Shown one piece after another: positions 13,030-25,850 of a stretch of DNA of 64,000 nt. The stretch lies in assembly GCA_002633005.1 (NCBI GenBank), contig NMRA01000099.1:1-64000 (forward strand), in the 5' to 3' direction. The DNA is from Phoronis australis (taxonomy: Eukaryota; Animalia; Phoronida). Below the pieces are notes generated by a model that made no database searches, was not told where the DNA came from, and saw only the letters and a list, made by a program, of their open reading frames with translations. Numbering within the stretch: the stretch's first letter is position 1; each line of letters begins with the position of its first letter. The position numbers and the translations under genes were made by a program.

Positions 13030-16000
13030 TTGTTGCGATATGAGAACAACAAGTTCGATAAGCGATGCAACAATGGCAAGCGTGTATCAGATTTGTCTAA
13101 CATGGCTTTGAAAATCTGCACATAACGTTCCGCCTGTCCATTACTAGCAGGATGATAAATGGGACTGAACATGTGCTTGACACCATTCAAGCGTAGAAAT
13201 GTCTCAAATTCTGCGGATCGAAACTGTGGGCCATTATCTGACACAAGCTCATAGGGCAAGCCGTAAGACGCGAACAGCTGGCGTAATCTCACAATGGTGT
13301 GAGTTGAAGTCGTTCCCAATATGGGAAACACCTCCAACCACTTGGAGTGGCTATCCGCAACAATAAGATAATCCTTACCATCCTTTTCGGCATAACCGAT
13401 GTGTACTCTCTGCCAGGGCCTGGTTGCCCATGGCCACGGAATCAATGGCGAAGGCTTTGGCATGTTAAGAAATCGAGCACAATAACCACACGAACGCACT
13501 AAATCCTCAATGTCCTTATCCAGGCCAGGACACCAAAAGTAACCCCTGGCGATCGATTTTCATCCGCACCATACCAGTATGCAAATCATGCAAATCTGAC
13601 ATAAGTTTAGCTTGAAACTTGGCTGCTATAATAACTCGATGGTCCCACAAAAGGCATCCATCTTCAAATGACACTTCATCTCTGCGCACAAAATAGGGTT
13701 GCAGTTCAATACTATCGACCAGCCATGCGACACAAAATCGGGTCCTTACGGGTAGAATCACGGATCTCAGATGCCGTTACCGGAATAGAGTCCTCGGTAA
13801 CAAAGTGAATCGAGAAAATCTCCACTTTAGACGCAGTTTCTGGCTGATCCACGGGAAGACCACTCAATGCATCAGCATTTGCTTTCAGATGTGATCGCTT
13901 GTGTACTATCTCAAACTGGTAATGGGATAACATCAGTGCCCAGCGCTGTAAACAAGCAGCTCTGATCGTTGGAATTCCAGCTTTAGGCCCAAAAATGCGA
14001 GTAAGCGACTCGTGGTCAGTCACAAGAGAGAAAATACGACCAAATAAGTACATGTGAAAACCCTTCACACCAAAAATCAGAGCTAGTCCCTCTTTCTCGA
14101 CTTGTGCATAGTTCTTCTCTGCAGAACTAAGTGTTCGCGAAGCGAATGCAATCGGTTTATCCGAACCATCAGGCATCTTGTGGCTTAGAACCGCTCCCAC
14201 GCCACAGGAACAAGCATCACAGCTTAGGACAAGCGGTCTCCTGGGATCGTAGTGCACTAACACATGATCACTTAACAGCTGGCGCTTACATTCAACAAAC
14301 GACTTCTGGCAGGCATCACTCCAATGCCATTCGACATACCCATGCAGCAGTGCATACAAAGGGTGTAACAGAGTAGACAAATTACGAATGAACTTGCCAT
14401 AATAGTTCACCATTCCGAGAAACGATTTTAGTTCATCCACATTTTTAGGTCGAGGAACCTGTGAGATAGCCGCCACTTTGTCGGCTAAGGGTCGCACGCC
14501 ATCCACCGACAAGGAGTGTCCGAGAAACTGGATCTCCGGCATAGCAAATTTACACTTTGATCTGTTCAGCTTCACGTTATATTTGCTGAGACGTGCAAAC
14601 ACCAGTTCGAGAGTGCAAAGGTGTTGCTCTAGGGAATGGCCTATCACCAAAATGTCGTCGATGAAACATATAACGTTATCAATACCGGACAAAATTTTAT
14701 CCATTGTAGCCTGGAAAATGGATGGTGCCGTCTTTACTCCAAATGTTAGGCGGCGTGGTCGCAACAAATACTTGTGAGTGTTCAAGGTGAGTAAGTCGGA
14801 AGACTGGTCATCTAACCGCAACTGATTAAATGCTCCCACCAAGTCAAGCTAAGAGAACACACACGGCGTAAAATCATCACGTGCCAACTTGGCAAACAAG
14901 TCTTGAGTATTAGGTAACGGATATTTGTCATCCTCTAACTGAGTGTTCAATAATTTGTAGTCGCCACAGACGCGAATAGTGGGCCGGAGGACTTCACTTT
15001 CCTGACGTTCACAGTGGGCGACGCCCAGTTACTATGTTCCACACGCTCCACAACACCACTTTGTTCCATGCGACTGAGCTCGGCCTCCACCGACTCCTGA
15101 ATTGAATATGGAACGGGACGAGCTTTTTGAAACGTGGCATTTGCATTAGGTTTAAGCCTGATAGACGCAGTGAAGTCTCGGATTCCCTCGCCATTATCAA
15201 TAAACAGGTTTTTGTACTTTGCGATAACAAGATCAATATTTTGCAGTTCACAAGATAACTTGAAGAGGGAATTCCAGTTAACTCCCAATTCTCGTTTCCA
15301 ATTCCTACCAAAAAGCGAAGGACGGTTTCCCTTAACCACAACGAGAGGCAATTTTCTAGAGGGCTGCTCTTTAAATGTGACTGGCACCTCAATAACACCA
15401 AGCAAGGGCACGGGTACTTGGTCATACCCGAAAAGAGTAACATTTAGAGGCTCCAGATGAAACTGCGACAAACACGACTTGTAAAGGTCTTCACCGACGG
15501 TGGTACGTGCAGCGCCAGAGTCTACTTCCATAGAAATGACATGGCCAGCAACATTTACAGCTACATAAACTGGAGGCTCTTCACCAGCCCCACAGTAATA
15601 CAAATGCAAATTATCAGGGTCACCAAGCCTCACGTTATTGATAGTTCCCGAATCGGTTTTAACATGCTGTGATTTACACATATGTTTAATATGTCCAACT
15701 TCCCCACATTTATAACATGTGGCACCTTTATGTCGACAAGTGTGTTCGTTGTGTTTACCTCCACAGCAAAAACAAGAACCACTAGGCTTACTAACGCCAG
15801 ATGGGGTAGGCACCACGGCCGTCGGACTTAGCGAAGACTCCTGGCGGTGAACAGATGCAGGGCCACTCACCGTGACAGAAGCCCCCGCTTGAAACTCGTG
15901 TGCATCTTTAACAGAACACTCCGCCACACGAGCCATTTGCACAGCTTGATCCAGAGTCAGTTTGTCAACTTTTAACAGTTTAGTTAATGTCCCTTCATCC

Positions 16001-16560
16001 CGAAGGCCAAACACAAACTGGTCACGAAGTGCCATGTTGAGATTATCCCCATAGCCACAAAGCAATGACAACCGCCGCAGATCTGTAATGAAGTCAGTGA
16101 CACTCTCATGCTCCTTCTGAACCCGCCTGGTAAAACTAAAACGTTCCGAGATTTCCAAAGGCTTAGGTTCATAACCTTTCTCTAACAACTTCACTATCTG
16201 CGAGTATGTTTTGTCCTTGGGAAGATCCGGCGTCGACAGACTGCGTAAAATACCATAGGCCTCCTGCCCCATGAACGTAAGGATGGCAGAGACCCGTTTA
16301 TCGCCTGCAATGTCATTCAACTAGTGAAAATACTGCTCGGCTCTCTCCACATAAGTACTCCAGAGTTCAGCCGAAGCATCAAACACTTGCAGGTTCCCCA
16401 GATGGGCCATCCTCGTCGTCAATTTGTAGCGTATTACTAATAATTACTAACAAAAGAGTATATTTTTACTTAACTGAAAAACACGTGATCCCCGGAAGCC
16501 CCGCTACCAGAGACTTCTCGTGGTGATCTCACAAACTAGGGAGCAGGGTATACCGCATTC
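13030..16560 (-). mobile_element. Gypsy/Ty3 (Mag/K02A2.6-like) LTR retrotransposon, inactivated
   Basis: PBS-like TGACGACGAGG then ATG at 16410; two CCHC knuckles; protease VDSGA; RT FIDD; RNase H CDA...EKE...TDH; integrase SDNGPQF, NGQAER. Stop near gag start, frameshifts, D>G at the first integrase Asp (VHIGY), no 3' LTR found. Confidence 0.95.
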
Positions 16561-16930
16561 CTCAAGGCAGTTTTGTAAAGCACGTGACCTAAGGAAGCGT
16601 GTGGAATTCATTCAGCAGATTATGACTTCTTTCTGTAGAAATTGATTCAGGGACGTGTTACCTATTTTGGATCCACGGAAAAAGTGGAAATCAGGTGTTA
16701 GAAATATTCGTGAAAATGAAGTTGCCGTTATATCAGATTCTAATAGGTTAGAGGAAAATGGACGCTTGGAAGAGTGGTGAGCATAGACATTTAGTGATGT
16801 CTATGGTGGTGAGAGTCTTTCCCGGTCATGATAGTCGTGTGCGGAACATTGAGGTGCGAACATTGTTGAAGGGCATTTTTCAAGGCACGTTACTTAAGTT
16901 GTTGCTATTTGTCCAGTTGGCCAAGAGGGT
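16560..16930 (+). mobile_element. BEL/Pao integrase C-terminal (DUF5641-like) remnant
   Basis: RKRVEFIQQ...PRKKW...RNIRENEVAVI...KWTLGRVV...VFPGHDSRVRNIEVRT. Confidence 0.8.
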
Positions 16931-17349
16931 TTTGATTAGAAATTAGCTGCTTTTACACGAGAGACAGTTGTCACCGTGTCGAGTCATTTGTCACTGCGCG
17001 ACTTGCTCCAGTTAGGATGAACACTGGATCATCGTGAGTCACTTACACGAAGACTGTGCGCGCCCGCATAAACTATAGGGAACGTCCAAACCACGTGCAA
17101 TGCCAGCTGATCAACTGACAGTGTACTATACGCTATTGCGCATGTGCATTGAAAGACAATCCGTTTCAGCCCTGACCCAACTGTGTTTAGACGTTTAGGC
17201 TAGTTTAAACTTTATTAACTGAGCACAATTCGCTCTACCTCTACCACCCGTGTCAAAAATGGCAGCCGCGGTGTCAACTTGCTCCGTCAGGCACTTACAC
17301 CCGATCAGCTGTTCCGTGTTAGTTGGTCCGCCACTGTTGTCTCCCGTGT

Positions 17350-18605
17350 AAATGCAACTCAGATTTATACTAGCATGACGGCGTTCTCCCGTTCAGTGAC
17401 TTTACCAGACGTAGAGGTCTGTGAGCGTGTGATAACATCTAGTTCCTTTGTTAACTGCCAAGCACAGTCTTTTGTCTGGTATGAAAACAGGCTGGCCAGT
17501 TATTTACGAGGCTTCTTACAGACCACGTGTGAACACAGTCAAACTCAGAGCATTGGGAAAGAATAGATGGTCGTAACTTCGGTTGTAGTTGGGCAATTTT
17601 GGCGATTCAAAAACTAAACATGATCAACGTTTGATGAAAATTTCAGAAATGATATTGGTTTGTGTTCAAATTTGTTATCACTTAACTTTTGTTTTTAACA
17701 GCACATCCCAGTCAAACTAGATACGATCTTATTGGAGATTAGAGCAGTCATCGGACAAAAAGAGAGCTGACCCTCCAACCCTAAATGCCAGAATGGGGTC
17801 AACCAGTCGTGTAAGATATTGGCTACAGGGGCCCGAGCTTCTTCCCAACTCGTTGTTGGGTTATAGAATTGAACAAGTTGGGAGCAACGGGAAAACGACG
17901 TATTGTGTTCTCATCTGGGTGAAGAAAACTTGCTCTGTTCCTCAATAGATGTCTCTACAGTCAAACTAGTAGCCTGACTTTCTACAGTAGACCCTTCATG
18001 CCCGATTATACTGTTCATGGTGAAAAGTACAGAATGGTGAATGTTGACCCCTCGCTAGTTCACCATGACGGCGACATCCCGTTGCTCCCAACTTGCTCGA
18101 TTCTATACCCCCGTAGCCAATATCTTACACGATTGATTAACTCCATTCTGGCATTTATGGTTGGAGGGCCTGCTCTCTTTTGTTCGATAAGATGGTAAGT
18201 TTGACTGGGCTGGGCTGATAAAAATGAAAGTTAAGTTATAACATATTTGAGCTTAAACCAATAGTATTTCTGAATTCCTCGTCAAATGCTGATTATGTTC
18301 CGTTTTTGAATCACCAAAATCGCCCAACTACAACAGAATTTAAGACAATCTATTCTGTCCAAACGGATTACCAACGCACTGGGTTCGACTCTGTTCTGAA
18401 TACCCGTTCGGTAATAGCGTGCAACCGCCATAAGTTTACTTTGAAGCCTGGGAGATAATTGGCCTGCTTGTTATCATACGGGACAAAAGACTGAGCTGGG
18501 CAGTTAACAAAATAGCCAGATGTTATCGCACGTTCAGCACCCCTCACGTCTGGAAAAGTTACTGAACGACAGAACGCTGTAATGTGCGTGTAGATAAGAT
18601 GCAAA
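17350..18605. mobile_element. Foldback element with long (~550 bp) diverged inverted arms
   Basis: 17361-17515 pairs with rc 18440-18600; 17560-17720 with rc 18195-18360; 17770-17895 with rc 18075-18170. Confidence 0.85.
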
Positions 18606-20666
18606 TGTCATTCAGTAGCCCGCTCTTTATCACTGGTTGATGCAACCTGGACATTTATTGGTTAGCCTCACAACAAAGAAAGAAAATGGCGGACTTTGAA
18701 CAACTTTTAGCCTTGTCACGCAAGTGGCGCAATAGCAACTATTTCGTTTCTGCAGCAATGTTTAATAGCCGCGTGCTTGAAGCACATACATGAACAATAA
18801 ACATACATTTGGCCGATTTGATCTGTGTGTTATTCATACTGTATGAATACAGGAGAGCAACGTAAACAAAAGTCAACGACAGTAAAGACATGCACTCCAA
18901 ACAGCCGGGCGCAACCACAATTCTCTGGGATTCCCATTTCTCGAACATTAATTAAGCACCGGTTTGTCTGTACAAGACCACATTTTACACTTCCTCCATC
19001 AGTCATGTCAGTTAGCGCTACCTTTTGAGAATTCGACCAGTCAATCAGAAACGCCGGTGTAAAAAAATTCCCGAGGAAAATTGAATGAGACCTGCGTGTT
19101 CTCTACCACCCTAGCGACACGCAGAGAACCAGCGAGGGCTGACCAAATACCCTTTAGGATGGCTGACGTCAAGCGCATGCTGGGGCCCCTAGTGTCCGCG
19201 GGAGGTCACTGGAATTGACGAACCGAGTTCACAAGCCCAAAAAAAGATTTTCATTATCATATTGAGTGTTTCATAAATAAACGTTGCATCTGTAATTAAA
19301 CCTTGATTTAGCCAAGTCTGTTGCCAACCAATTCTGTCCAAGTATGGTTTTAAAGGGACATTCTCGGCGAGAAAAGTCAATTTACAAAAGATAGCAACAG
19401 AATAGAGCTCACTTTCTCCGCATTAGCGGCCGGATGCTTTGCCACTGTCTGCTACAAATCCTACGGGTTAAGAATCTGTATTTAAACGGTAATGACACCA
19501 ACTGTGACTTCATCCAATGTCTGGCAAACAACGCCGATGCAATTACTAAAAGTAATGTAGGTGCTACTAATTTTGTATTCAGTAATTAAGTTTAGCGTAA
19601 AATACTTGACGCGGTACGCATTAGGGCCGAATTGGAAAAACTATTCAACGCTCAACCTACAGTTCAGCACCCTTAAATACCATTTACGGGTTGTTAAGGA
19701 AAAGTAGGACTTGTTTGCAAATCTTCTTGAGCGGACACGTGATGAGGTATAAGAAGCCTTTTTATAACTCGCTGTCCAACCCTTGCGAATGGCATCTCTG
19801 CAAATCTTGTATGAGTCAAATGTTGTAGTGAGTGATGCAATGACGGTACCTTACACAATACAGAAATTACCCGTATGCAATTAATTCAGCGGTACGTAGG
19901 TCCTTTTTGACAAGTTTGCGTATTCAGCCACATTGCTACAATACTACTGATTTTATCTTAGAAAAATACATATTTCCTGAGGTGGAACGCCAGTAGAATT
20001 CTATTTTAGACTTTTAACCAATCTGTCATTATATCCCGTATTCTGCTCGCCCGCTCTTCTCAGCCGTGACGTATGGTAATAGCGGATGGAGATAATTGGG
20101 TCACGTTACCATGTTTTTATAATTAGCAAAAACAAAGGTACGTTGGTTGCAAAACAATGGTATAAATAAATTTATTACATTTCGTTCGATGTAAACGTTT
20201 TGCAAACTTTGCTTTTTTATAAAAGTAATTAACGTCCTATTTTGACATGCCAATCATACAAGAGTGGAACATTTTAAAACAATTCCTAAAAGTCTTTTAG
20301 AGAATAGTGCATAAGGCATGGTATCTTTAAGTTTCATATGAATCCGAGCAACATTTTTCAATATGTGATGTTCGAATTTAGACAAATTTAGACATGCACT
20401 TCTGCACAACTAATTTATTGGAATGACCTATTTGCAGAGTTGAAAAACGGAAATGATTCACAATGGCAAAACGGACAGAGGAATATCATGAAGTGGACTA
20501 TATATTGTGTTTTTCATGTTTTCCCACTCTGATTGTTCGCATACCACTTCCAAAGTGTTGTTCACATGGTGAACAAATGCATCACATCAATTCTAAAATG
20601 CTCAGTTTTACAGTTTGCATAATTGATGTATTGTTTGAAACTGTAGCGGTCTCTTCCTACCGATAG

Positions 20667-20813
20667 GATAGCCATGCAACCGGAACATCAACGCCCTCTG
20701 TTGACAGTTCGGATGACTATGAGTTACTCCACAGTGCACAAAATCAGTCACGGACCACGTTGAGGTTCCGAAGAAAACTTGACACGTGTGACAATGATGA
20801 CATGCTTATAAAC
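20667..20813 (+). CDS. MOXD1: MOXD1-like copy A, exon 2
   Basis: TAG| acceptor; DSHATGTSTPSVDSSDDYELLHSAQNQSRTTLRFRRKLDTCDNDDMLIN (DOMON F-R-L-TCD-D motif); |GTACGT; 147 nt; not in the ORF track. Confidence 0.92.
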
Positions 20814-21227
20814 GTACGTATTAGAGTCCGTTAGAGAATTTTAAATACCAGGCTTGAGAAATAACATGATTTTATGCGACCCCTTGTTTTTGTCAGATGG
20901 CAAAACGTCATATGTAAAATGTTTGGAGACCTGCGTAATGTTTTTCGAAGAAATAAAAAGGTGGTCACATGACTAGCAACATCTTGTTATTGGCTTTGTT
21001 AGCATAGTGCGAAGAAAGTAAACTACTCAGCAAGTGAGTTTAATTTACGTTGTGTCAGTCGTTTTTATAATGTGTTGGGTTCATTTTGTGGTAGTGAAAC
21101 CAGTGATGTATTGGAGTAATGAAAAAGGTCACGTATACTGTGACGTAACATTGAAGCATTACAAACTTTAAAATCAGCAATTTTACCTATAATCATTCCG
21201 AAAAAAGCTCCATTCTTATTTTATCAG

Positions 21228-21386
21228 TCGGATACTTTTCGCCTTATTTTCGCCTACGGGTCGTCTGATACTGTGTCTTATCACAACTCCAACCGAGGCA
21301 CAAAAAGCGTTTTACTTCTCGGAGCTACCACGCCTATCCCAGCATTGCCGAACGATGTCATCACCTGGGACTTTGATGTCAGCAAC
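21228..21386 (+). CDS. MOXD1: MOXD1-like copy A, exon 3
   Basis: CAG|; SDTFRLIFAYGSSDTVSYHNSNRGTKSVLLLGATTPIPALPNDVITWDFDVSN (YH..RG.KS end of DOMON); |GTGAGT; 159 nt. Confidence 0.92.
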
Positions 21387-22181
21387 GTGAGTACAGAAAC
21401 GATCTCTTTAAGTACAGCAATGTGTCACCGTTAAATGGTTTGAAACAAAACTTGATTTTTTGAAAGAACAAATTTTCTTAACCTCTTTAACAATTTCTCA
21501 GTGAAAGTTTTGGAAACAAATCAAGAAAGGCAAATAAGTATCGTGGTGACATAAAGTATTATAAAGTAGGAAAATGCTGCTACCTGTAATAAAACAGTTG
21601 AAAAGGTGGTGAAAAGATTTAACAGTAAAACGGTACCATGTGAAGTAGTGTGGAGTCGCAGCCAAATGGCAACAGTGAAAGAAACCGGGCTGTGTGTTCA
21701 CAGACCTTTATGTAATGGGTAGCAAATCCGCCATTGCAGTTTAGACTTTAGACATGGGTTTGATTATCAATAATGTGTTAGACTTCGTGCTTCCTTCTAG
21801 ATTCTAGATTTCTAGACGGGTCGTCATTGATTCAAGCGAGGCTCGTTAAGTTGCGGCGGTTCAACCGCTCTCTTTTAGTCGCAGGTGCAGTATTGTCATA
21901 AAAAATGAAGACATTTATTAACTCAAAACAAAGGATAAGAACGCGATTGCCTTGTTTTGAAAGAGTAGCTATACCTGGAAAGAAAATCGTTTGTAACCCC
22001 AGAATGTGGTTTATAGCCGCGGCTTTAAGAAAAATCGGGAGTCACGTTAGGGTAGTGACGACGACAGAGGGTGAAGTTTGTCTTCGAAATAATCAGTAAA
22101 GTTAAATGGACGTCATCGAACCTGCTGATTTGCATTAGATTTTTTTATTCCAGCGATATTATCAACCTTCTTTTGTTTAAG

Positions 22182-22265
22182 GTTACTGTGCCAGCAAAAG
22201 ACACGGTGTATTGGTGTAAAGGCTTCAACGTGCCTTCATTGGCCAAGAAACATCACGTGCTTAAG
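22182..22265 (+). CDS. MOXD1: MOXD1-like copy A, exon 4
   Basis: AAG|; VTVPAKDTVYWCKGFNVPSLAKKHHVLK (P..DT.YWC, start of Cu monooxygenase N domain); |GTCAGT. Confidence 0.92.
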
Positions 22266-23239
22266 GTCAGTGTAACTTATTGATGTCATGACAGAAATAT
22301 GGTTAGTCAAGATGTGGTTCATTTCTGTGAATATGGAAGCACTTCGTTGACTTTTTTAGCTTTGACGGTGACGCAATTGAAAAGAATCAGTTGTCATAGT
22401 AAAGCAACCAAAACCTAGTTCTCTGCTCGGGATCAAATAATTTCACGAGTACTTTCCAAAATTTTACTTATACAGAAGCTCCCATAAAAGCTGCAAACGT
22501 TTGGTTAGCATATCATCAGATCATGCGCCACGTAAATTGGTGGAATTTAATTTGGTTAGGAAATTAATTCGAAACTAGTACCGAGGCGCACTAGCTAATT
22601 CAGAAGATTATGTGATTAATTGTTGTCGCTGAATGGAACAACTGGGATAAAATTCTCCTCGTCCAGTGCCGGGATCGGCGATCATCCGTCCCCTATTTAA
22701 GAGCCATCCCACGAGAAAATCGAGAGAAATAAAAAAATCACTCTATGGGTCATCTTCCCGATACAGCTTAAACTTTTTGCATGTGATCGTGGTGTGGCTC
22801 TGATACAAAAATCACCGATTTTGCAATTATTGAATTCTTAGCTTTTTGCCTACAGGTCTTCAAAGATTTACGAAAAAATGGTCCGTTTTTGCATTCCGGA
22901 AACAGCAATTTTCCTATAAAAAACAGATAGATTGCATAAAATGAGAGAAAACGCATAATGAGATTAGTAATTAAATATATCGATTTCCCTGCATTCATCA
23001 AGTGACCCCGGAGATAAACCTGAAGCACATTATATAGTGTTTAAACTGGGTGTCACTTAAGTGCTTCTACAAGACAGTTTACTGTGCTGTGGACATCGAA
23101 ATATATGTTTGTTGATAGATCTTGAATGTGCAAGCAAATTTTAAAAATTTCTCGAATGAGCTTCGTTCATTTTTTGCTCTGAAAAATGCCCTAAGTTGCG
23201 TATTTTACAGATCAAGTTTGAGTCTAATACTGGAATTAA

Positions 23240-23470
23240 AACTTACAAAAATTAGCGACGTTGCGTCCGCATCTCACGGTCTTCAGCTTGGCTTGTGACG
23301 TTGTCGTGTTATTCTGGCTAATTGGTGGCGTTTTGACCAGACGGCGTAGCATAGACGTCAGAACACCATCCCATACGTGTGACAAATCGAATCGTAAACC
23401 GCCTCTTTTCTTTAAAGATGGACTCACTATGCGACAATTGTATGTCTTCGATAGGCTCAACCACGCATTG
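23240..23470 (-). mobile_element. Penelope-like element 3' fragment (end of GIY-YIG and pLTR)
   Basis: PSLKKRGGLRFDLSHVWDGVL, like PLE P.LNRD.G...LS..WD; followed by a CTGAAGA...CAACGTC motif; lies in a copy A-specific intron 4 insertion (~23020-24340). Confidence 0.7.
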
Positions 23471-24465
23471 TACCTGAATATTTAGAAGCTACACAAATTA
23501 TGGTTTTTTAACCACCTTTTAAGCTGTTTCCTCGTCTCATTAGTTCATGAAACTTATTTGAAATTGAAAATATTGTACGATATGCCACCCCTATTCACTT
23601 CTTATGTTGATCTATTCTCGCGCCCTGTAGCTGCCCATGTCATTAACAATTCACTCTCTCGACTCGCAACCATTGTTTTCACCAGAAGAATTCCCATGGA
23701 GAATTGTGAGTTATATTGTTGCGTAAACTCTGCCATACTATTACGGTATTCAGTACTGGATGTTTCCATAGTCACTTGTTAGGCGCATTACTTGAAAAAT
23801 TTACGCGGCGGGTAATGAAGGTCTCATCAAGGTCGGGTACGAGCACTGTAAAACCTATTTATGAAATCTCCGGGGAGGAATTCCCACATCCTGGTATCAT
23901 CGCGTCTAGTTTTCGAAATGAAGGTCCACGGAAGAACTTTGATCGTGCCTCATTTAATTTTTTTTTTCATTTTTATCCCTGCATTGTCACTCATGATGTA
24001 CAGTACATGCTGCAGCACCATCCACAGGGGGCGCTGTAGTATCACGGTGAGGAGCCGTCGTTCAATTTTGAAATTTTCAGTATCTTAACATTAGAGACGC
24101 ATATGACCCGAACGGTAATTAAGCTCATACCCATGTGTCTAGCACTTCCGCAGTGGTCGTGGAGTGTCATTCTGCCGCTAAAAACCTAATCAACCGTTGT
24201 CATATTTTTTGTCCGCATGTCGGTCCGCGACATGTACACGTGCTGTTTGTGCAGTAGCCAGAGCCCGGGATTACGGGGAGAGTAGAAAGGATCCACGCGA
24301 CCAGAAAAGCTAGTGAGAAAGAGAATGGGAACGAGGGAGGAAGTAAAATCGGGGGGAGAGAAGAGGGAAATGTAAATCATAACATAAGCACAAACTTGTT
24401 TAATCCATTCCAAGCCAGGTGTGGGGGAATTATCTGTGCATCAAAGTTTTTTCCGCATTTTGCAG

Positions 24466-24648
24466 TATGAACCTGTGATAACTCCCGGAAACGAGGCTCT
24501 CGCCCACCACATTATTATCTACGCCTGTTACGGAGATGTGAACACAACTGGTGCTCATTTACTGAATGCTGAACACTGCCGTTTGATGCCAAATAACTTA
24601 AAGCCCTCCTGCACGTCTGTCTTGTTCGCCTGGGCAATTGGAGGAGAG
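24466..24648 (+). CDS. MOXD1: MOXD1-like copy A, exon 5 (CuH His-His)
   Basis: CAG|; YEPVITPGNEALAHHIIIYAC...SCTSVLFAWAIGGE; |GTGAAG; 183 nt. Confidence 0.94.
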
Positions 24649-25162
24649 GTGAAGTCATATTTCAATTTTGTTAGGGAAACACATTATAGTTAGAAAATTT
24701 TACAAAACCATGACTGGGTAAATATTACATTGAACTACTAAAGGTGTCTGTTTGAAAACAATTTGCCGGGTTTTTTTGTGTAATGATTTTGTTTCCGTCT
24801 TTAAACTTTGATTGAACGAACACTCCTGAATTGTGAAATAAATGACTTGCTTTATACGTTTATCAACCGTTTACCTATGGCTGAAGTTGTGACTGGCTGC
24901 TCTCCTCGGTAATTCACAAAGTAGCAATAAACGCTCACGATATAATGGCGACTAATTAACCTAGGGTCACACAATGATCAGCGGTGTCACAATTACCCTT
25001 AACAATCAATCGTTTGTCAGATCTGTGTTTGATCGGGGCAAAATGGTATAGTCTAGCAATTTAGGTAAACGCAATGAGATGTACGACTTTCAAATTACTG
25101 AACCTTGTGATGCTGGATGTGGTGGACATTTAGACGAATTCCTAAGCACGTGTCTTTTCCAG

Positions 25163-25265
25163 ACTTTCTATTATCCGCCTAATGTGGGACTACCCTTTGG
25201 TGATGAGCAGCAACCGACGTTTTTGCTTTTGGAAATTCACTATGACAATCCAACCATGGCATCCA
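25163..25265 (+). CDS. MOXD1: MOXD1-like copy A, exon 6 (third CuH His)
   Basis: CAG|; TFYYPPNVGLPFGDEQQPTFLLLEIHYDNPTMAS; |GTAAGT, phase 1. Confidence 0.94.
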
Positions 25266-25813
25266 GTAAGTGTTAAATGCTATAACAAATACACTCTTTC
25301 CCCGTGCTCCGAGATGTAGCAGTGGGAAAACGGCAAGTATCATAGATTCAAACCGGTTAACAGTGAAACTCGGAAATTCTATTCATTTGTTAATTCTGGT
25401 TAGTTGGTGTTGAGAAATGCATAATTGTACTGCGCCATTGAAAAGTATTTTGTGCTTGTGGTTCCTGCATCCGCAAGAACTGGCTAAATCGATGTATTCC
25501 ACACAGGTTCTTGCACACACAAGATTACAGGATGTCAAACAAAATAAAACGGCGATTCACTACACATTTTCGGCCTTTTCCGTACCACTATCTATGCATG
25601 CGCACTGATGCCCACACGTGGTTTTCTGCTTGTCGTTCACCATCCGTACAGGAAGTGCTCTGACAGAGAATAATGCCACAAGCGCGTTGATGTCTTGATT
25701 GTTAACAAGATCTACACCTATTCTGTGAATTCATTAATACGCCCATTGAAACATTTCTACACCAGTGCCATTTTAAGGTATTTTTTCAATTCTTATACAC
25801 ATTTCACATGTTG

Positions 25814-25850
25814 CACACACACACACACGCACACGCACACGCACACACAC
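25814..25850. repeat. (CA)n/(CACGCA)n microsatellite
   Basis: Directly visible; reduced to a short CACA run in copy B (~58634). Confidence 0.9.

Noticed and set aside
13030-16410. Active or domesticated Gypsy gene
   Set aside because: In-frame stop near the gag start, several frameshifts, mutated integrase Asp, truncated 3' end
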